Source: Macrostomum hystrix
Taxonomy: Eukaryota > Animalia > Platyhelminthes
Assembly: GCA_950097015.1 (NCBI GenBank)
Contig: CATNEN010000039.1
Location: 12,090,001-12,154,000 of the forward strand
Direction: 5' to 3'
DNA: 64,000 nucleotides
The first letter of the stretch is position 1. Each line of letters begins with the position of its first letter. The notes under the pieces are model-generated. The model was not told where the DNA came from. It worked only from the letters and a program-made list of their open reading frames with translations, and searched no databases. Both the position numbers and the translations under genes were made by a program. Shown here one piece after another: positions 11,901-23,422 of the stretch.

Positions 11901-14137
11901 CAATGACGCGACCAATAACGAAGTTGTGCCCGATTTCAGCTGGCTGAAGTTTTTTTTTTGTTTGAACTGGAGTGTTAAAAAATCGTTGGACTGTCAGTTG
12001 AGTGCGAGATTGCAGACTATTTGAGTCGTATTATTTTTGGTTATTGTTCCGTACTTTGTTTTGTTTTTATGCTGCGGTGTTGTTTCTCATTAGAGCGTTG
12101 CAATATCGGTGTAGGGTTTATTTTGTCATGCATATTTAAGTAAGGTAGCGTTAAAATGCGTTTTCTAAATCGTTTCTTTGCTTTGGTCAGTTTTTTTGCT
12201 GTTTCGAATTTTTCGTTTGCAAATTTAGATTAGGAGCGCATCATACATGTAAGCTGATTTATATGCTTGAACGTATCGCTGCGTAAGTTTTTCGTTTCAG
12301 GTGTGTCGCGTACTGGCTGGTTTAGAGTTGAGCATTGTTTATTACGAGGTTGGAGTAGACTTGAGATTTAATTAAAATCCATCATTTCATTTAAGTGTCG
12401 TTTCTTTGTTTTTTTTTCAAGTTAACAAATGTTGTGACTATTTGGTGACGGTATTTCATTTGTTTGCGCTAGTTTTTCAGTTGAAGTAAATCGCGTTATA
12501 AATATTTATTTACGAATTTTTTGATCCATATTGATTATAATCCTTTGTTCCGCGTTCCACACGCACGTATGTTCGTACTTTAAGTATTTGTGCCGGTAGG
12601 TGTTAGCATTGCTTGTCGTTAGGTTTAGTCCGTGCAGGTTGCTGTTGATTCGACATTCGTTCAATTTTTGTTTGTCATCGAATAGCTTTTTTTGTCATTG
12701 TCATGTCAAGGTGGGGGGAATGTTCGGGAGGCAGGTGGTATGATTGGTCGCTGACTCGCTGTATGCTTATTTAAATCTACCTTATTTACAATTACTGTAC
12801 GCCCGCTTCCACTCTGCGCACTCACCTTGTTTCTCTAACCCTCGTTCGCATTGTGCAGTGGCATCGTCCACCCACCCCCTCCGTTTTAGCCTATTTGCAC
12901 TGAATTATAATAAACGTGTGGAGGCTCCCCCCTCCGGTTCAAGTGGTTGGTTAGCGCGATTTGCCTACCGTTTTGAGCACAGCATAATTGGCTACTAGCT
13001 ATCGGCCTTTTTTTGGATTGCTCCAGTACACGCAATATTATTGTAATTTATTAGTTGGTTGCCCTAGAAAGGGCCGTTTTTTGAACTGGAAATATATATT
13101 TTAAATATGTAAAATTAATGCAAACCTAAAGAAGGTATCTTTTAAAATAAGATTTTCCCGTTTAACATTTGCAAAAACGGCCCTTTTTAGGGCTCAATAA
13201 TGTCATATGATAATTTATTACACAAGCCCTAACCGGTATACCGCCACGCCCACCCTCAATTAGCCAAAGTGATGGTGGTTCTAGTGACTGTCAAGTTGTG
13301 ATTCGCACACCCTAACCACTAGGCTACAACCAGCAGATAATATTCAATAATACAAATGCTGAGAACTAACCTCCAAGCTAGTGTAGTTAAACAACCGACT
13401 GTCCCACAGATCGTGTCGGCCACGCGGCAAGTCATGAAAATAGCAGCTATTAGTGCCGTCAAACTGATTCAGGCCGTCAACAGTGTTATTAGATGCGTGA
13501 CTATGCACAATGTCCAGTAGGACAATGATTCCATTGCTATGAGCCGCATCAATTAGCTCTTTCAGTTCGCACGGCGTACCGTAGCGACTGCTGGCAGCGA
13601 AGAACGAGGTGACCTGATAGCCGAAGCTGGCATAGTAGGCATGCTCCATCACAGCCATGAGTTGGATGCAGTTGTAGCCAAGATCTCGCACTCTGGGTAG
13701 AACATGCTCGCGAAAATAACCATAGCTGGCAACGCGCTCCTCCGGCGAACTGATGCCTACGTGAGCCTCGTAGATGCGCAGACTGGCTGGCACTGGCGGA
13801 CGGGACACCTTCAGCCTGCCAGGGATTGGGAGGGGATATTGGCGTTTGATTGGAATATACAGATGGGCAAAGGGGAGAGTGGGCAAGATGACAGGTGAGA
13901 GATAGGGAGATATGACAGGTGAGAGATAGGGAGATATGACAGGTGAGAGAGAGGGAGATATGACAGGTGAGAGAGAGGGAGAGATGACAGGTGAGATAAA
14001 GAGGGGGCGATGACGGGTGAGATAAAGAGGGGGCGATGACAGGTGAGATAGAGATGAGAGGTAAGAGACGAAATGTTAAGAGAACAGGGAGAGATAAAAG
14101 TGAGAGGTGGACAGATGAAAGACGAAAGAGACAAGCC

Positions 14138-14170
<33 letters not shown>

Positions 14171-14706
14171 CCAGCAGCAGCAGCAGCAGGCACGTACGTG
14201 TACGGCTGTGGCGGATTCCATAGCCGCTGTTCGTAGACATTGCCATTGGCAGCACCCTTAGGCGGCTTGGTGACGTAGGGAGCCCACGGCGACAGTCGAT
14301 CCAGTTTCTGGCCCAGGGGCCCAATGATGAGCAGTTTGATGACAGAGTTGTGCTTAATGACCGGCTGGCCATCTGGTCCAGGCGGAATGACCAGGCTCCA
14401 CTTGCCGTAGGGCAGCCTCTCAAACTGGTATTGATCTTCGCGCCAATTGTTGAATTCGCCGCGCAAATAGACAGCCTTGGCTGACGGCGCCCATTCCAGA
14501 CAGCGAATAGAACCGTCAGGATCAACGCGAATGCCGAATTCTTTGTAGCCGTGAATCAACCGGTCGACGCCGTCGGCCTCCTCGATGCGTCGCCATTCGT
14601 TGCGCAGGCAGGCGTGTCGCCGACGCAATTCGGTCTCGTAGCCGCGGAGGTAGGGATCGTATTTGAAGAGCTCATCTAGCTGGGGATTCTCTGGCGGGGC
14701 TTCCAT
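5930..14706 (-). CDS. GBE1: 1,4-alpha-glucan branching enzyme (exons 14706-14198, 13815-13371, 7033-5930)
   Basis: Motifs [91 protein letters not shown]. Both introns are GT..AG with matching phases (2 and 0). Confidence 0.96.
7117..7447 (+). mobile_element. tRNA-derived SINE, full-length copy, in GBE1 intron 2
   Basis: A-box-like TGGCAGAGCGG, B-box-like GCTCGATTCC, (ATT)n tail, TSD-like tacctaaccaaat/tacctaataaaat; homologous copies elsewhere in the window. Confidence 0.8.
7504..7813 (+). repeat. 5' LTR
   Basis: tgttcgggag...ctccagtaca; identical by eye to 12721-13030; contains aataaa. Confidence 0.95.
7820..7837 (+). promoter_or_regulatory. Primer binding site, complementary to the initiator tRNA-Met 3' end
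   Basis: TGGTAGCAGAGCGTGGTT just after the 5' LTR; metazoan tRNA-iMet ends ...CTCTGCTACCA. Confidence 0.8.
7898..11947 (+). CDS. BEL/Pao gag-pol polyprotein (DUF1759 gag, CCHC knuckles, aspartic protease, RT, truncated RNase H fused to the integrase C-terminal half)
   Basis: IPTFSGD..Y..W (gag), CMVC..H...C / CFRC..GH...[83 protein letters not shown] at 7898 (the track starts at GTG 7880). Confidence 0.93.
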   Translation: MEYDNDIPPQQDEQEEDRALHLEKLRFEKSRRKATLTRCKSKLSWLLQKRASDDEVQEACDNLSDLQEQVSTVQEQLYEGYVSTKDDERRQRLLDEMEEMERDYQAAIQRVESARGRQAQREQEAPPAARANAEDAAANQDEAVGELDRLSVSAASSKASHPKEISKDLWKMLKRVEIPTFSGDKQSYENWKAAFVACIDSAPATPEFKLLQLRQYLQGEALKVIEHLGHSATAYEAAKERLDREFGGKRRQLALHLEELDNFPAVRYGNTKDLKSFANLLDIAVINLEEAGKDTELQDGMLYVRLQKKLPEQMVSHYRRWIFEQRKQESVRNLRMWVLQEAEFQTEALEIVQGVATPHLESQKSIHRGARDQRPKTFHSAVSEKKGQSKSCMVCQGDHELWSCSEFKKLPVNKRWEAAQRSKACFRCLGQGHVSSKCRRSRQCGIDNCSKFHHRLLHADKHQATIDLVEPSQAKRNQAKPSDAKPGEVAGSNSSKQAGSVTLLSASKSDVSLRTVPVVLRHGARKLKVNALLDDASTRSYINVGIAQALGLQGALEKVEVGVINGQSETFMTAPISFTVESMDGRASTELTAFTADHVTGSLKGVNWRELGQWWPHLRDVPFPKLCEPAVVDLLIGADYPDFHVSLEEVVGQPWEPKARLTPLGWTCIGRTEQTLSSKRQSTHFATTFFSCETESSQVSSILRQFWEIENVADENSRNPLTSDEEKAINQANASLQYSNGRYQIGIPWKEKRLCPKDTFPMALKRLKNTEQRLMKDMQIRRQYQAVIDKYVQQGYVRKVAQAENEERCFLPHFPVLRPDKATTKVRIVFDASAAALNDQILQGPKLQRDLVEVLLRFRRFPIAIACNVAEMYLQIEMEPKDRPLHSFLWRDADASRPPDVYEFNRVVFGVTSSPFLAQVVIRSHAEKLKSELPEAAETVLHSTYMDDSLDSAPNEAAACRLYEQLRELWRRAGMHARKWVSNSRAVLKQVPPDDRAAEVTLDSRELPSTKTLGVTWQSEQDEFTFKQELDACQVTTKRSLLKKLASVFDPLGLISPFVVQAKMLMQELWQCGLDWDETLNADLLARASDWCRDLKHLSEIRLPRALEEAEAKNGSLHVFVDASEKAYGAVRELQELVNALDTKKLKQQTAYQQMRWHFNPPAAPHFGGVHEIMIKAAKKAIWNTLKEADVTDEELLSAVAGAEALLNSRPLTYQSAHPSDDVPLTPNHFLIGQGGGQFAPEVDVDIARSPSKRWRHVQQLVAQVWRRWLREWLPGLEPRSKWRRELPDLQPGDVALLVSPDSPRGHWPLARVLEVTRGPDGHVRVATIRVGDRTMTRPITKLCPISAG
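12708..12720 (+). other. Polypurine tract
   Basis: aaggtggggggaa directly before the 3' LTR. Confidence 0.8.
12721..13030 (+). repeat. 3' LTR
   Basis: Same sequence as 7504-7813. Confidence 0.95.
13061..13193. mobile_element. Small MITE-like foldback (about 21-bp inverted termini)
   Basis: gccctagaaagggccgttttt ... aaaaacggccctttttagggc. Confidence 0.5.
13888..14055. repeat. 24-bp minisatellite (atgacaggtgagagatagggagat)n in GBE1 intron 1
   Basis: Direct tandem copies. Confidence 0.85.
14138..14189. repeat. (CAG/CTG)n microsatellite just inside the GBE1 intron 1 donor
   Basis: gcagcagcag run with one interruption. Confidence 0.9.
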
Positions 14707-14934
14707 TGAGATTAATTTGTAGTTTGAACTGCTAGCTGAAAAATTGAGCCATGGTGTTTTTGGTGAGCATAACTTCTGATGAGCAACGGTGAGACTTGTA
14801 AGCTCTTCAATATTGTAAATTTTTTTCATTCCTAACTTTCTCAAAGATTCTGATATCCCTAGCGTTTTAAGACCACAATCCTAATTTATCCACCGAAATT
14901 TTAATCCATTGTCTTCGCTAATCTCGACACCTAA

Positions 14935-15490
14935 ACATTCTGAAATCCTAATCCCTAGGATTCTGAAATCCCAATCCCCAACATTCTGAAATCCCAATCC
15001 CTAACATTCTGGAATCCTAATCCCTAGGATTCTGAAATCCCAATCCCCAACATACTGAAATCCCAATCCCTAACATTCTGGAATCCTAATCCCTAGGATT
15101 ATGAAATCCCAATCCCTAACATTCTGAAATCCTAATCCCTAGGATTATGAAATCCGAATCCCCAACATTCTGAAATCCTAATCCCTAGGATTCAGAAATC
15201 TCAAACATTCTGAACTCCCAATCCTAACCTTCTGACATTCCAATCCTAACCTTCTGACATTCCAATCCTAACCTTATGACATCCCAATCCTAACCTTCTG
15301 ACATTCCAATCCTAACCTTATGACATCCCAATCCTAACCTTCTGACATTCCAATCCTAACCTTATGACATCCCAATCCTAACCTTCTGAGATCCCAATCC
15401 TAATGTTCTGAAATCCCAATCCTAACCTTATGACATCCCAATCCTAACGTTCTGAAATCCCAATCCTAACCTTATGACATCCCAATCCTT
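14935..15490. repeat. 22-23-bp minisatellite (ttctgaaatcccaatccctaaca)n upstream of GBE1
   Basis: Two related tandem sub-arrays. Confidence 0.9.
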
Positions 15491-15997
15491 TCTAACTAAA
15501 ATCATATCTGAAATTCCAATGCCCATATCAAAGAAGATTTGTTTTAAAACATCTAAGTTAAACAAGAATGACAAAATTATGATAATATTAAAAATAGCAC
15601 AGACTTTTAAGTAACTCCCAATACACCACACAAAAATGCAAGCACAATACTACCGGTAGATGAACAGATTTTATTTAAACGAATAAAATGCATAGAATTA
15701 ACATCCGGACTGACTCAACCAGCAAATGGAGCAGTCTTTTCAGTAAATTGCCAATTATATAAATGACTGGTATTTTGATTGAAAATTATAAATTAGCATA
15801 GATGGCACAACTAGACGACAGCGGAAACGTAAGCATTTTGCTCATTGATCATAGAATGACCCAATGATGACCAAAACATGACCGATAAAACCCTAGTACG
15901 ACCCGTGAAAAGCATAGCTTGACCAGATAGACATTCATAGAATGACTTGATACAGTCATAAAAAGACACAATAAAGATTAAAAAGAACTCTATGAAA

Positions 15998-16445
15998 GGT
16001 CATAGAATGACCCGATGCAAAGTCATAGAATGACCCGATGCAAAGTCATAGAATGACCCGGTGAAAAAGTCACAGGATGACCCGGTAAAAAGTCATAGAA
16101 TGACCCGGTGAGAAAGTCATAGAATGACCCGGTGAGAAAGTCATAGAATGACCCGGTGAAAAAGTCATAGAATGACCCGGTGAAAAAGTCATAGAATGAC
16201 CCGATGCAAAGTCATAGAATGACCCAATGAAAAGTCATAGAATGACCCGGTGAAAAAGTCATAGGATGACCCGGTGAAAAATTCATAGAATGACCCGGTG
16301 AGAAAGTCATAGAATGACCCGGTGAGAAAGTCATAGAATGACCCGGTGAGAAAGTCATAGAATGACCCGGTGAAAAAGGCATACAATGACCCGGTGAAAA
16401 AGTCATAGAATGACCCGGTTAAAAGTCATAGAATGACCCAATTAA
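15998..16445. repeat. 24-bp minisatellite (tcatagaatgacccggtgaaaaag)n
   Basis: Direct tandem copies. Confidence 0.93.
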
Positions 16446-16571
16446 AAGTCAACAATGACCCGATTAACCGATTAGGTCATATAATGACCTGATAAAATAC
16501 ACAGAATGACCCAATGAAAAGTCATAGAATAACCTCATCCAAAGTCAAAGAAGTAAAATTCTTTGACAGTC

Positions 16572-17956
16572 TTATTTTGCATGCCCAACCGGCTTATCTT
16601 TGTCAGCGGCGGCGGTGGCCAGCAGCAACCGGGCCCCCTTCTTGGACTTGACCTTGGTCACGTGACGCCCAGCCGGATGGCTGGCAGGCGCGGCGCGCTG
16701 ACGTCCAGCTTCTGCGGGCATTACGCTGCCAACGAAATGCTTGGCAAAATCCGATCCGGCAGGCAGGGGATTAGAGTCCGTCGGCAGCTCCGATTTGGAC
16801 AGCAGGCAGCGAACTGCGGGCACCTCGCGAACAGCCTGCAGTCGGTCTAGGCCGTCTAGGCGGGGCTCGTAGATTTGTCGCATTTTTTGATAGAACAAGC
16901 AGTTGGCCTGGTGCAAATGCACGCCGCGGCTGCCGCACCGCCGCTTGGTCATCTCGGCGCAGGAGATCACCTTCTCGAATGCGTCGGCGTCTCCAGACCA
17001 CAGCACCTGGCAGGTTGGTTTGACAAATTAGGCGAGATAGTCACAGTTAACACCTAATAGATACACGACAGTCTATTTAGCCTAGCAACACGTGTATTGC
17101 ATAGCAACACCTTTCTTGCATAGCAACACCTTTCTTGCATAGCAACACCTGTCTTGAATAGCAACACCTGTCTTGCATACCAACACCCGTCTTGCATAGC
17201 AACACCTTTCTTGCATAGCAACACCTGTCTTGCATAGCAACACCTGTCTTGCATAGCAACACCTGTCTTGCATAGCAACACCTTTCTTGAATAGCAACAC
17301 CTTTATTGCATAGCAACACCTGTCTTGCATAGCAACACCTTTATTGCATAGCAACACCTTTATTGCATAGCAACACCTTTATTGCATAGCAACACTTGTC
17401 TTGCATACCAACACCTGTCTTGCATAGCAACACCTGTCTTGCATACCAACACCTGTCTTGCATAGCAACACCTTTCTTGAATAGCAACACCTTTCTTGCA
17501 TAGCAACACCTTTATTGCATAGCAACACCTTTCTTGCATAGCAACACCTGTCTTGCATAGCAACACCTGTCTTGAATAGCAACACCTGTCTTGCATAGCA
17601 ACACCTGTTATGCTTGGCGAAACCAGTTACGTCAGAACTGTTTTGAATAACAAATACAATTCAAACACCTGTTAGTTCACCTGTTCCACTGGAGTTCTAT
17701 TAATTTTCGCCTTCTTCTCCGCTCTCGCCTCGGTTTCGATTTCGGCGTCTGTGCCAGCATTAGCGTTGCCTAGCAACCTGCTCACAGCATAGTCGACCAG
17801 CCGGCCCACCTTGGAGCCCGGCTTCACCTGCATGAGTAAGCAGTTTCTCTGAGCAGTCCCAGCAACGCCAGGAACATCCGAAACCAGAGGCAGCTGGCCA
17901 GAGATTCGCGGCGGCTCACTGATGTGTACAGTCTCGACAATATCGTAGTGCTCCAT
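16572..17956 (-). CDS. RPP25L: Alba-domain RNase P/MRP subunit p25-like protein (exons 17956-17681, 17006-16572)
   Basis: MEHY start, MQVKPGSKVGRLV.YA..RL, VLWSG....EKVISCAE..KRR...LHQ, YEP..DGLD.L...REVPAV..LLSK resemble RPP25/RPP25L; phase-0 GT..AG intron. Confidence 0.8.
17085..17610. repeat. 19-bp minisatellite (gcatagcaacacctgtctt)n in the RPP25-like intron
   Basis: Direct tandem copies. Confidence 0.95.
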
Positions 17957-18129
17957 TGGCGGAGCTTTGTTTCTAGAAAAAGAGCTGAGGAAGCGGTGAA
18001 TGGGCTCGCATGTATTAATTACAGGCATGAATTTTAACCATTTGAATTTGAATTTTACAATAACAATTTAACTATTAACTTTTCTTTCTATTTTTTCTTT
18101 TACTTTTCGATCTTAACCTGTCCTCTCCT

Positions 18130-18690
18130 AACTCATATTGTCCACTCCTAACTCAACTTGTCCACTCATAACTTAACTTGTCCACTCCTAACTCAACTTG
18201 TCCACTCCTAACTTAACTTGTCCACTCCTAACTCATCTTGTCCACTCCTTACTCAACTTGTCCACTCCTTACTCAACTTGTCCACTCCTTACTCAACTTG
18301 TCCACTCCTTACTCAACTTGTCCACTCCTAACTCAACTTGTCCACTCCTTACTCAACTTGTCCACTTCTTACTCAACTTGTCAACTCCTAATCCAACTTG
18401 TCCACTCCTTACTCAACTTGCCCACTCCTTACTCAACCTGTCCACTCCTTACTCAACTTGTCCACTCCTAACTCAACTTGTCCACTCCTAACTCATCTTG
18501 TCCACTCTTAACTCATCTTGTCCACTCCTTACTCAACTTGTCCACTCCTTACTCATCTTGTCCACTCCTTACTCAACTTGTCCACTCCTTACTCAACTTG
18601 TCCACTCCTTACTCAACTTGTCCACTCCTTACTCAACTTGTCCACTCCTTACTCAACTTGTCCACTCCTTACTCAACTTGTCCACTCTTA
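18130..18690. repeat. 20-bp minisatellite (tccactccttactcaacttg)n
   Basis: Direct tandem copies. Confidence 0.95.
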
Positions 18691-19393
18691 ACTTATCCCG
18701 TCCAGTCCAAACGCATTTTAGTCCACACCTAACTCATATTTTCCCGAACTAACTTATCGCATCTCTTGCAAAATTGTGTCTTGTCAATAAAAAATAACTG
18801 ATCTAGTCACTTCATAAAGTGTTCTGGTTGAAAAAATGACATGAAAAAAATGACAAAAAGCGAAGTTAAACAAGTGACTTTTAAAGAAACTTAGGTAAAT
18901 ATTCACTGTGCGTGAAGCAAAAACAGGCGTGCAATATTATAAATTCCATTCTGAATATAAGCAGTCTTTTGTTTAAAAAGTTCTCATAGCATTTTCCATT
19001 TGTACTCTACTATTTTTCAACAAACACAGAGTAAAAAACACAACAATATTATCATAATAACATAGACTTGAAAACCCCTTAGAGATAAATGTGAGAAAAG
19101 GTTAGGGATTTTTAATCAAGACTTCTGAGGGACTTATGGAAAATAAGTGCCAGCCAGGGCATAAAATATAATAGCAACAATAGTACAATATAAATTTCAA
19201 CGTAACATTACCTGTGTTGTTCTGTTAACAATTATCTATGCAGAAAAGAATTCAGAAAAAATTAATATGGTAGAGAGCAATAATAGTTTGACAAAGGCAG
19301 AATGGTTTCAACAGAATGGAATATTCAAACATGTGGTTCTGTATGGGCAACTGTAGATACAATGCGAACTGTTTTTGGTGTGGGAAACTGTTT

Positions 19394-19634
19394 GGTTGCT
19401 ATGCAAACTGTTTGGTTTCTATGCAAACTGCTGTGGTCGCTATGCAAACTGTTCTGGTTGCTATGCAAACTGCTGTGGTCGCTATGCAAACTGTTCTGGT
19501 TGCTATGCAAACTGCTGTGGTCGATATGCAAACTGTTCTGGTTGCTATGCAAACTGTTCTGGTTGCTATGCAAACTGTTCTGGTTGCTATGCAAACTGTT
19601 CTGGTTGCTACGCAAACTGTTCTGGTTGCTATGT
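19394..19634. repeat. 21-bp minisatellite (ggttgctatgcaaactgttct)n
   Basis: Direct tandem copies. Confidence 0.93.
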
Positions 19635-20094
19635 GAATTTTCGTTCGTTTTGCTGGAATCCGCGCTTCAAAAAATTATCGAAACGAAATTTGATGCCTGA
19701 CCAGCTGCCACAGTGATCTGTTTTATAAAGTCAGAAAACTAACAAGAGCTCAGACACCTGGGGTTTGAACTGAATTTGAATTTAAAAAATATATACTTTT
19801 TATGAGCAACCAAAATAACGACTGCAATTAGGAAAGTCACAACAATTTAGGCCTTTAGATGAACTTATTAAATAACTGCAAGAAGAGTAAACAGAAGTTC
19901 TGCATTCATTTTAACACATCAGATCAGCTCAGTTAGTAACAAGTATATGGTTGCGTATTTAAGCATATAAAAGTAGCAGCAATAATATAATTATTAAGTA
20001 TGATACCAGGATGTGGCGCATCTTAAAGCATACACTTCAAATGAAACTATCTAACCCTTCCAAAACTACACGATTTTAGTACAGCTTAGCTATC

Positions 20095-20302
20095 TTTGAT
20101 AAGCCGCTTAATCCTTAGATCACTTTGATAAGCCGCTTAATCCTTAGATCACTTTGATAAGCCGCTTAATCCTTAGATCACTTTGCTAAGCCGCTTAATC
20201 CTTAGATCACTTTGCTAAGCCGCTTAATCCTTAGATCACTTTGATAAGCCGCTTAATCCTTAGATCACTTTGATAAGCCGCTTAATCCTTCGATCACTTT
20301 GA
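20095..20302. repeat. 29-bp minisatellite (tttgataagccgcttaatccttagatcac)n
   Basis: About 7 direct copies. Confidence 0.93.
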
Positions 20303-20719
20303 AAATCATTCTGCTTTTAAACAAGCAACAGGCATTTTTAAATCAATAATATCAAACTAAGCATAGGATTGGAATGAGAAAACTAAAGTCAAATCAGTCT
20401 GGTGTGGGTGCAGCCGCGGGCTGTTCTGTACTTATCAAATGTACTTTAAGGAAGATGACGATTATAAACAGGCCTAATGTAATGGCGGAACAAGAAAACT
20501 TGATTTATAGAAAAAAAACTGGAAAATAATTGAAGTGCAAACAAAATTGAACACACACACAAGCACAACTACAGCATTTGCTAGCCTACGAAAATTTTCA
20601 CGTCTACGGCGCGTTGTGTCACTTGTTTCAAACAATTTTAACTACGGAAAAATCGGCTATTAATCATTTCCTTGGTTAGAATATTAAAACTAAACGATGT
20701 TAATAAATTAGTAGTTTTG

Positions 20720-23422
20720 TCAAACAGACTGGGTCGGCGCCCTGGGTGGACCGTTCAGGTCGCCAACATCGTAGACGTGAAACCAAGGTGAGGCGCTAGA
20801 ATGCGTCAGGAAATAATCTTTGAAGTTTTTGAAAATGCCCTGATTAAACGGACTTTTGAACACCTTCGGTATGCTGGTCTGGAAGTGCGCGTAGCGAAAT
20901 GAGTTAAAGCGCTCGTTAGTTGTCATGTTGACGCACAGCATCTGCCATAGTTGGCTTAGCAACAGCATAGCAACCCAGAACAGGTAGAGACAGTTCAAAC
21001 AAGCGCAGAAGAATGCCCAGCTGGAGCACATTGGTACCTGGGTGAGGACAGCTTGGATACCAACAATGGACCAGTCCAACCTGCAGCTGCTATCCGGGTG
21101 ATAAGCGTAGGTAAGGAACATTTTCAAGAACATGGACGTGCCCAGCACAACGCCAGTCAGATAGCCGACAAAGATTCTATGATTAGCAACTCCGACACAA
21201 TTGTAGACCCACGGACAATGGTGATCCATTCTGGCCACACACCTGGAGCACATGTCGCAATGCTTAGAACGCAACGGCTTCTGTATGAGACAGGTGGAAC
21301 AGAAGTTGTCAAAATTTGAGCTGGGATCTTCGCAGGCGCGCACAATCGACTGTACTCGGGCGGTTTTGTCAATCTTGAGATAGCCGGGATCCTGTATAGC
21401 GCAGCGCCAATGAAAATAGAACATGCCCAGTGTGACAATGCTAAATAAAAGGATGTCACCATAGTCACAGTAAGGAAAGAATAGAAGCACAGTGGTTAGT
21501 GCCAGGATTATCTCGGATCCAACAGCCAGACCAAACGGCAACAGCATCGGATAGCGAAGGTCCAAGCATTTGCGGCTAAACACTAGGCGAAAGAATAGAG
21601 CCAGGGCTATAAATAGCAGCAGTTTGATGATATAGGACACGGCCGAGTTGAAGATGAGACCAGAGCAAGCTAGTAGTATGCTAGGCACCGCTAACATGCA
21701 TCGGCGTCGGTTCTCGCGAGTAGCAAACGAGCGAAACAAACCGCTGGAAGAACTATTGGCAGACGAGTCGCGCAGCATGCCCCGATCCGCCATCATCTCT
21801 TTGAGCCGTTCGGCTAGCCAGCGCATCTTCTTCTGTTGCAGAATCTGCACCGGGGTCTCGCCATTCGAATTGATAACGGTCCAGTCGACACCAGCGCGGT
21901 CTAGGCAGCCTAGAACAATCTGATTGCCGCCCATGGCAGCATAGTGGGCAGGTGTATTGCCGCTAGTTGGCTCAACGGCATTCGGATTGGCGTCAAAAGC
22001 TAGCAGGACTCTGGTTGCGTCTGGCTGCAGAACTCGCAGCGAGGTCCACATGAGGGCTGTCATGCCTTTGCAATCGCGCAGATTGGGATCAGCTCCCTTG
22101 GCTAGCAGGTAGGCTAGGATTTGGGTGTAGCCAAATTGGGCTGCAAGGTGCAGACAGGCCAGGCCTTCGGCGTCCGTCAGTAGGGGATTGGCGCCGAGCC
22201 GCATCAGCAGACAACAGGCCGACAGGTTGCCTTGGCGACAGGCCCAGTGCAGCGGAGTGCCCTGCGAGATATTTGACAGCTTGTGAGACAGGGTGTGAGT
22301 TGATGACGCTGATAGTTTGTGAGGCTGGGCGTGAGTTGATGAGGCTGAGTGTGAGGTCGCTTGTGAGTTGATGAGACTGAGTGTGAGTTTTAGAGGCTTG
22401 GTGTGATGAGGCTAGGTGTGAGTTGATGAGGCTGGGTGTGAGTTGATGAGGCTGGGTGTGAGTTAATGGGGCTGGGTGTGAGTTGAAGAGGCTTGGTGTG
22501 ATGAGGCTAGGTGTGAGTTGATGAGGCTGGGTGTGAGTTGATGAGGCTGGGTGTGAGTTGATGAGGCTGGGTGTGAGTTGATGAGGCTGGGTGTGAGTTG
22601 ATGAGGCTGGGTGTGATGAGGCTGGGTGTGAGTTGATGAGGCTGGGTGTGATGAGGCTGGGTGTGAGTTGATGAGGCTGGGTGTGATGAGGCTGGGTGTG
22701 AGTTGATGAGGCTGGGTGTGAGTTGATGAGGCTGGGTGTGATGAGGCTGGGTGTGAGTTGATGAGGCTGGGTGTGATGAGGCTGGGTGTGAGTTTATGAG
22801 GCTGGGTGTGATGAGGCTGGGTGTGAGTTGATGAGGCTGGGTGTGAGTTGATGAGGCTGGGTGTGAGTTGATGAGGCTGGGTGTGAGTTGATGAGGCTGG
22901 GTGTGAGTTGATGAGGCTGGGTGTGAGTTGGTGAGGCTGATGAGGCTGTCTAAGCCAGTTAGTTTTTAGTCGAGCTAAAAAATGTCAAAATAGACAAACC
23001 TGCAGGTCGCCGCCAGGTCTGTCCACAATGGCGCCATGGTTGACCAGCATCTGCATGATCTCCAGCCGATTGTTGATGGCGGCCCAGTGAAGAGGCGAGA
23101 CGCCCTGACTGTCCAGTGTGTTTGGATCGAAGCCGCCGTTAAGCAGCTCGCGAACTCTGGGTACAACGCCATATTGACAGGCTTTGACGATGTCCCAATT
23201 GCTTGTGTCCTGCTGAACCTGTTGCTGGTGTTGCTGCTGCTGCTGCTGCTGCATACGATAGGCGGGATCCACCGGGTAGGGCTTGCCCTCAGAATCCATT
23301 GGTATTGGGGCAGAGGCGGCGGCGGCTGCTGCGGCTAAGGCGCTGGGCGTCATGCCAGCAAATGGATCGTGATCACAATGATCGTGACTATGGTCATGTT
23401 CGTGGCTGTGGCCGTGAAACAT
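20720..23422 (-). CDS. ZDHHC17: Ankyrin-repeat palmitoyltransferase ZDHHC17/HIP14 (exons 23422-23000, 22261-20720)
   Basis: DIVKACQYG, PLHWAAINNR, GGDLQ|GTPLHWACRQG ankyrin repeats; DPG, FCSTCLIQKPLRSKHC..C.RCVARMDHHCPWVYNCVG..NH, TTNER, SPFNQG; phase-0 intron. Confidence 0.95.
22320..22948. repeat. 20-bp minisatellite (tgagttgatgaggctgggtg)n with 15-bp variants, ZDHHC17 intron
   Basis: Direct tandem copies. Confidence 0.95.

Larger units (their letters stand above)
7504..13030 (+). mobile_element. BEL/Pao LTR retrotransposon, antisense in GBE1 intron 2
   Basis: Two 310-bp TG...CA LTRs that read identical, CGCA duplicated on both flanks, PBS, PPT and a single gag-pol ORF. Confidence 0.95.

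Noticed and set aside
11948-12707. env-like gene in the retroelement 3' region
   Set aside because: T-rich with no substantial ORF.
13549-14197. Poly-Ala and LTCHISLS extension of the GBE1 ORF
   Set aside because: Read-through into intron 1; splicing 14198 to 13815 restores the conserved sequence.
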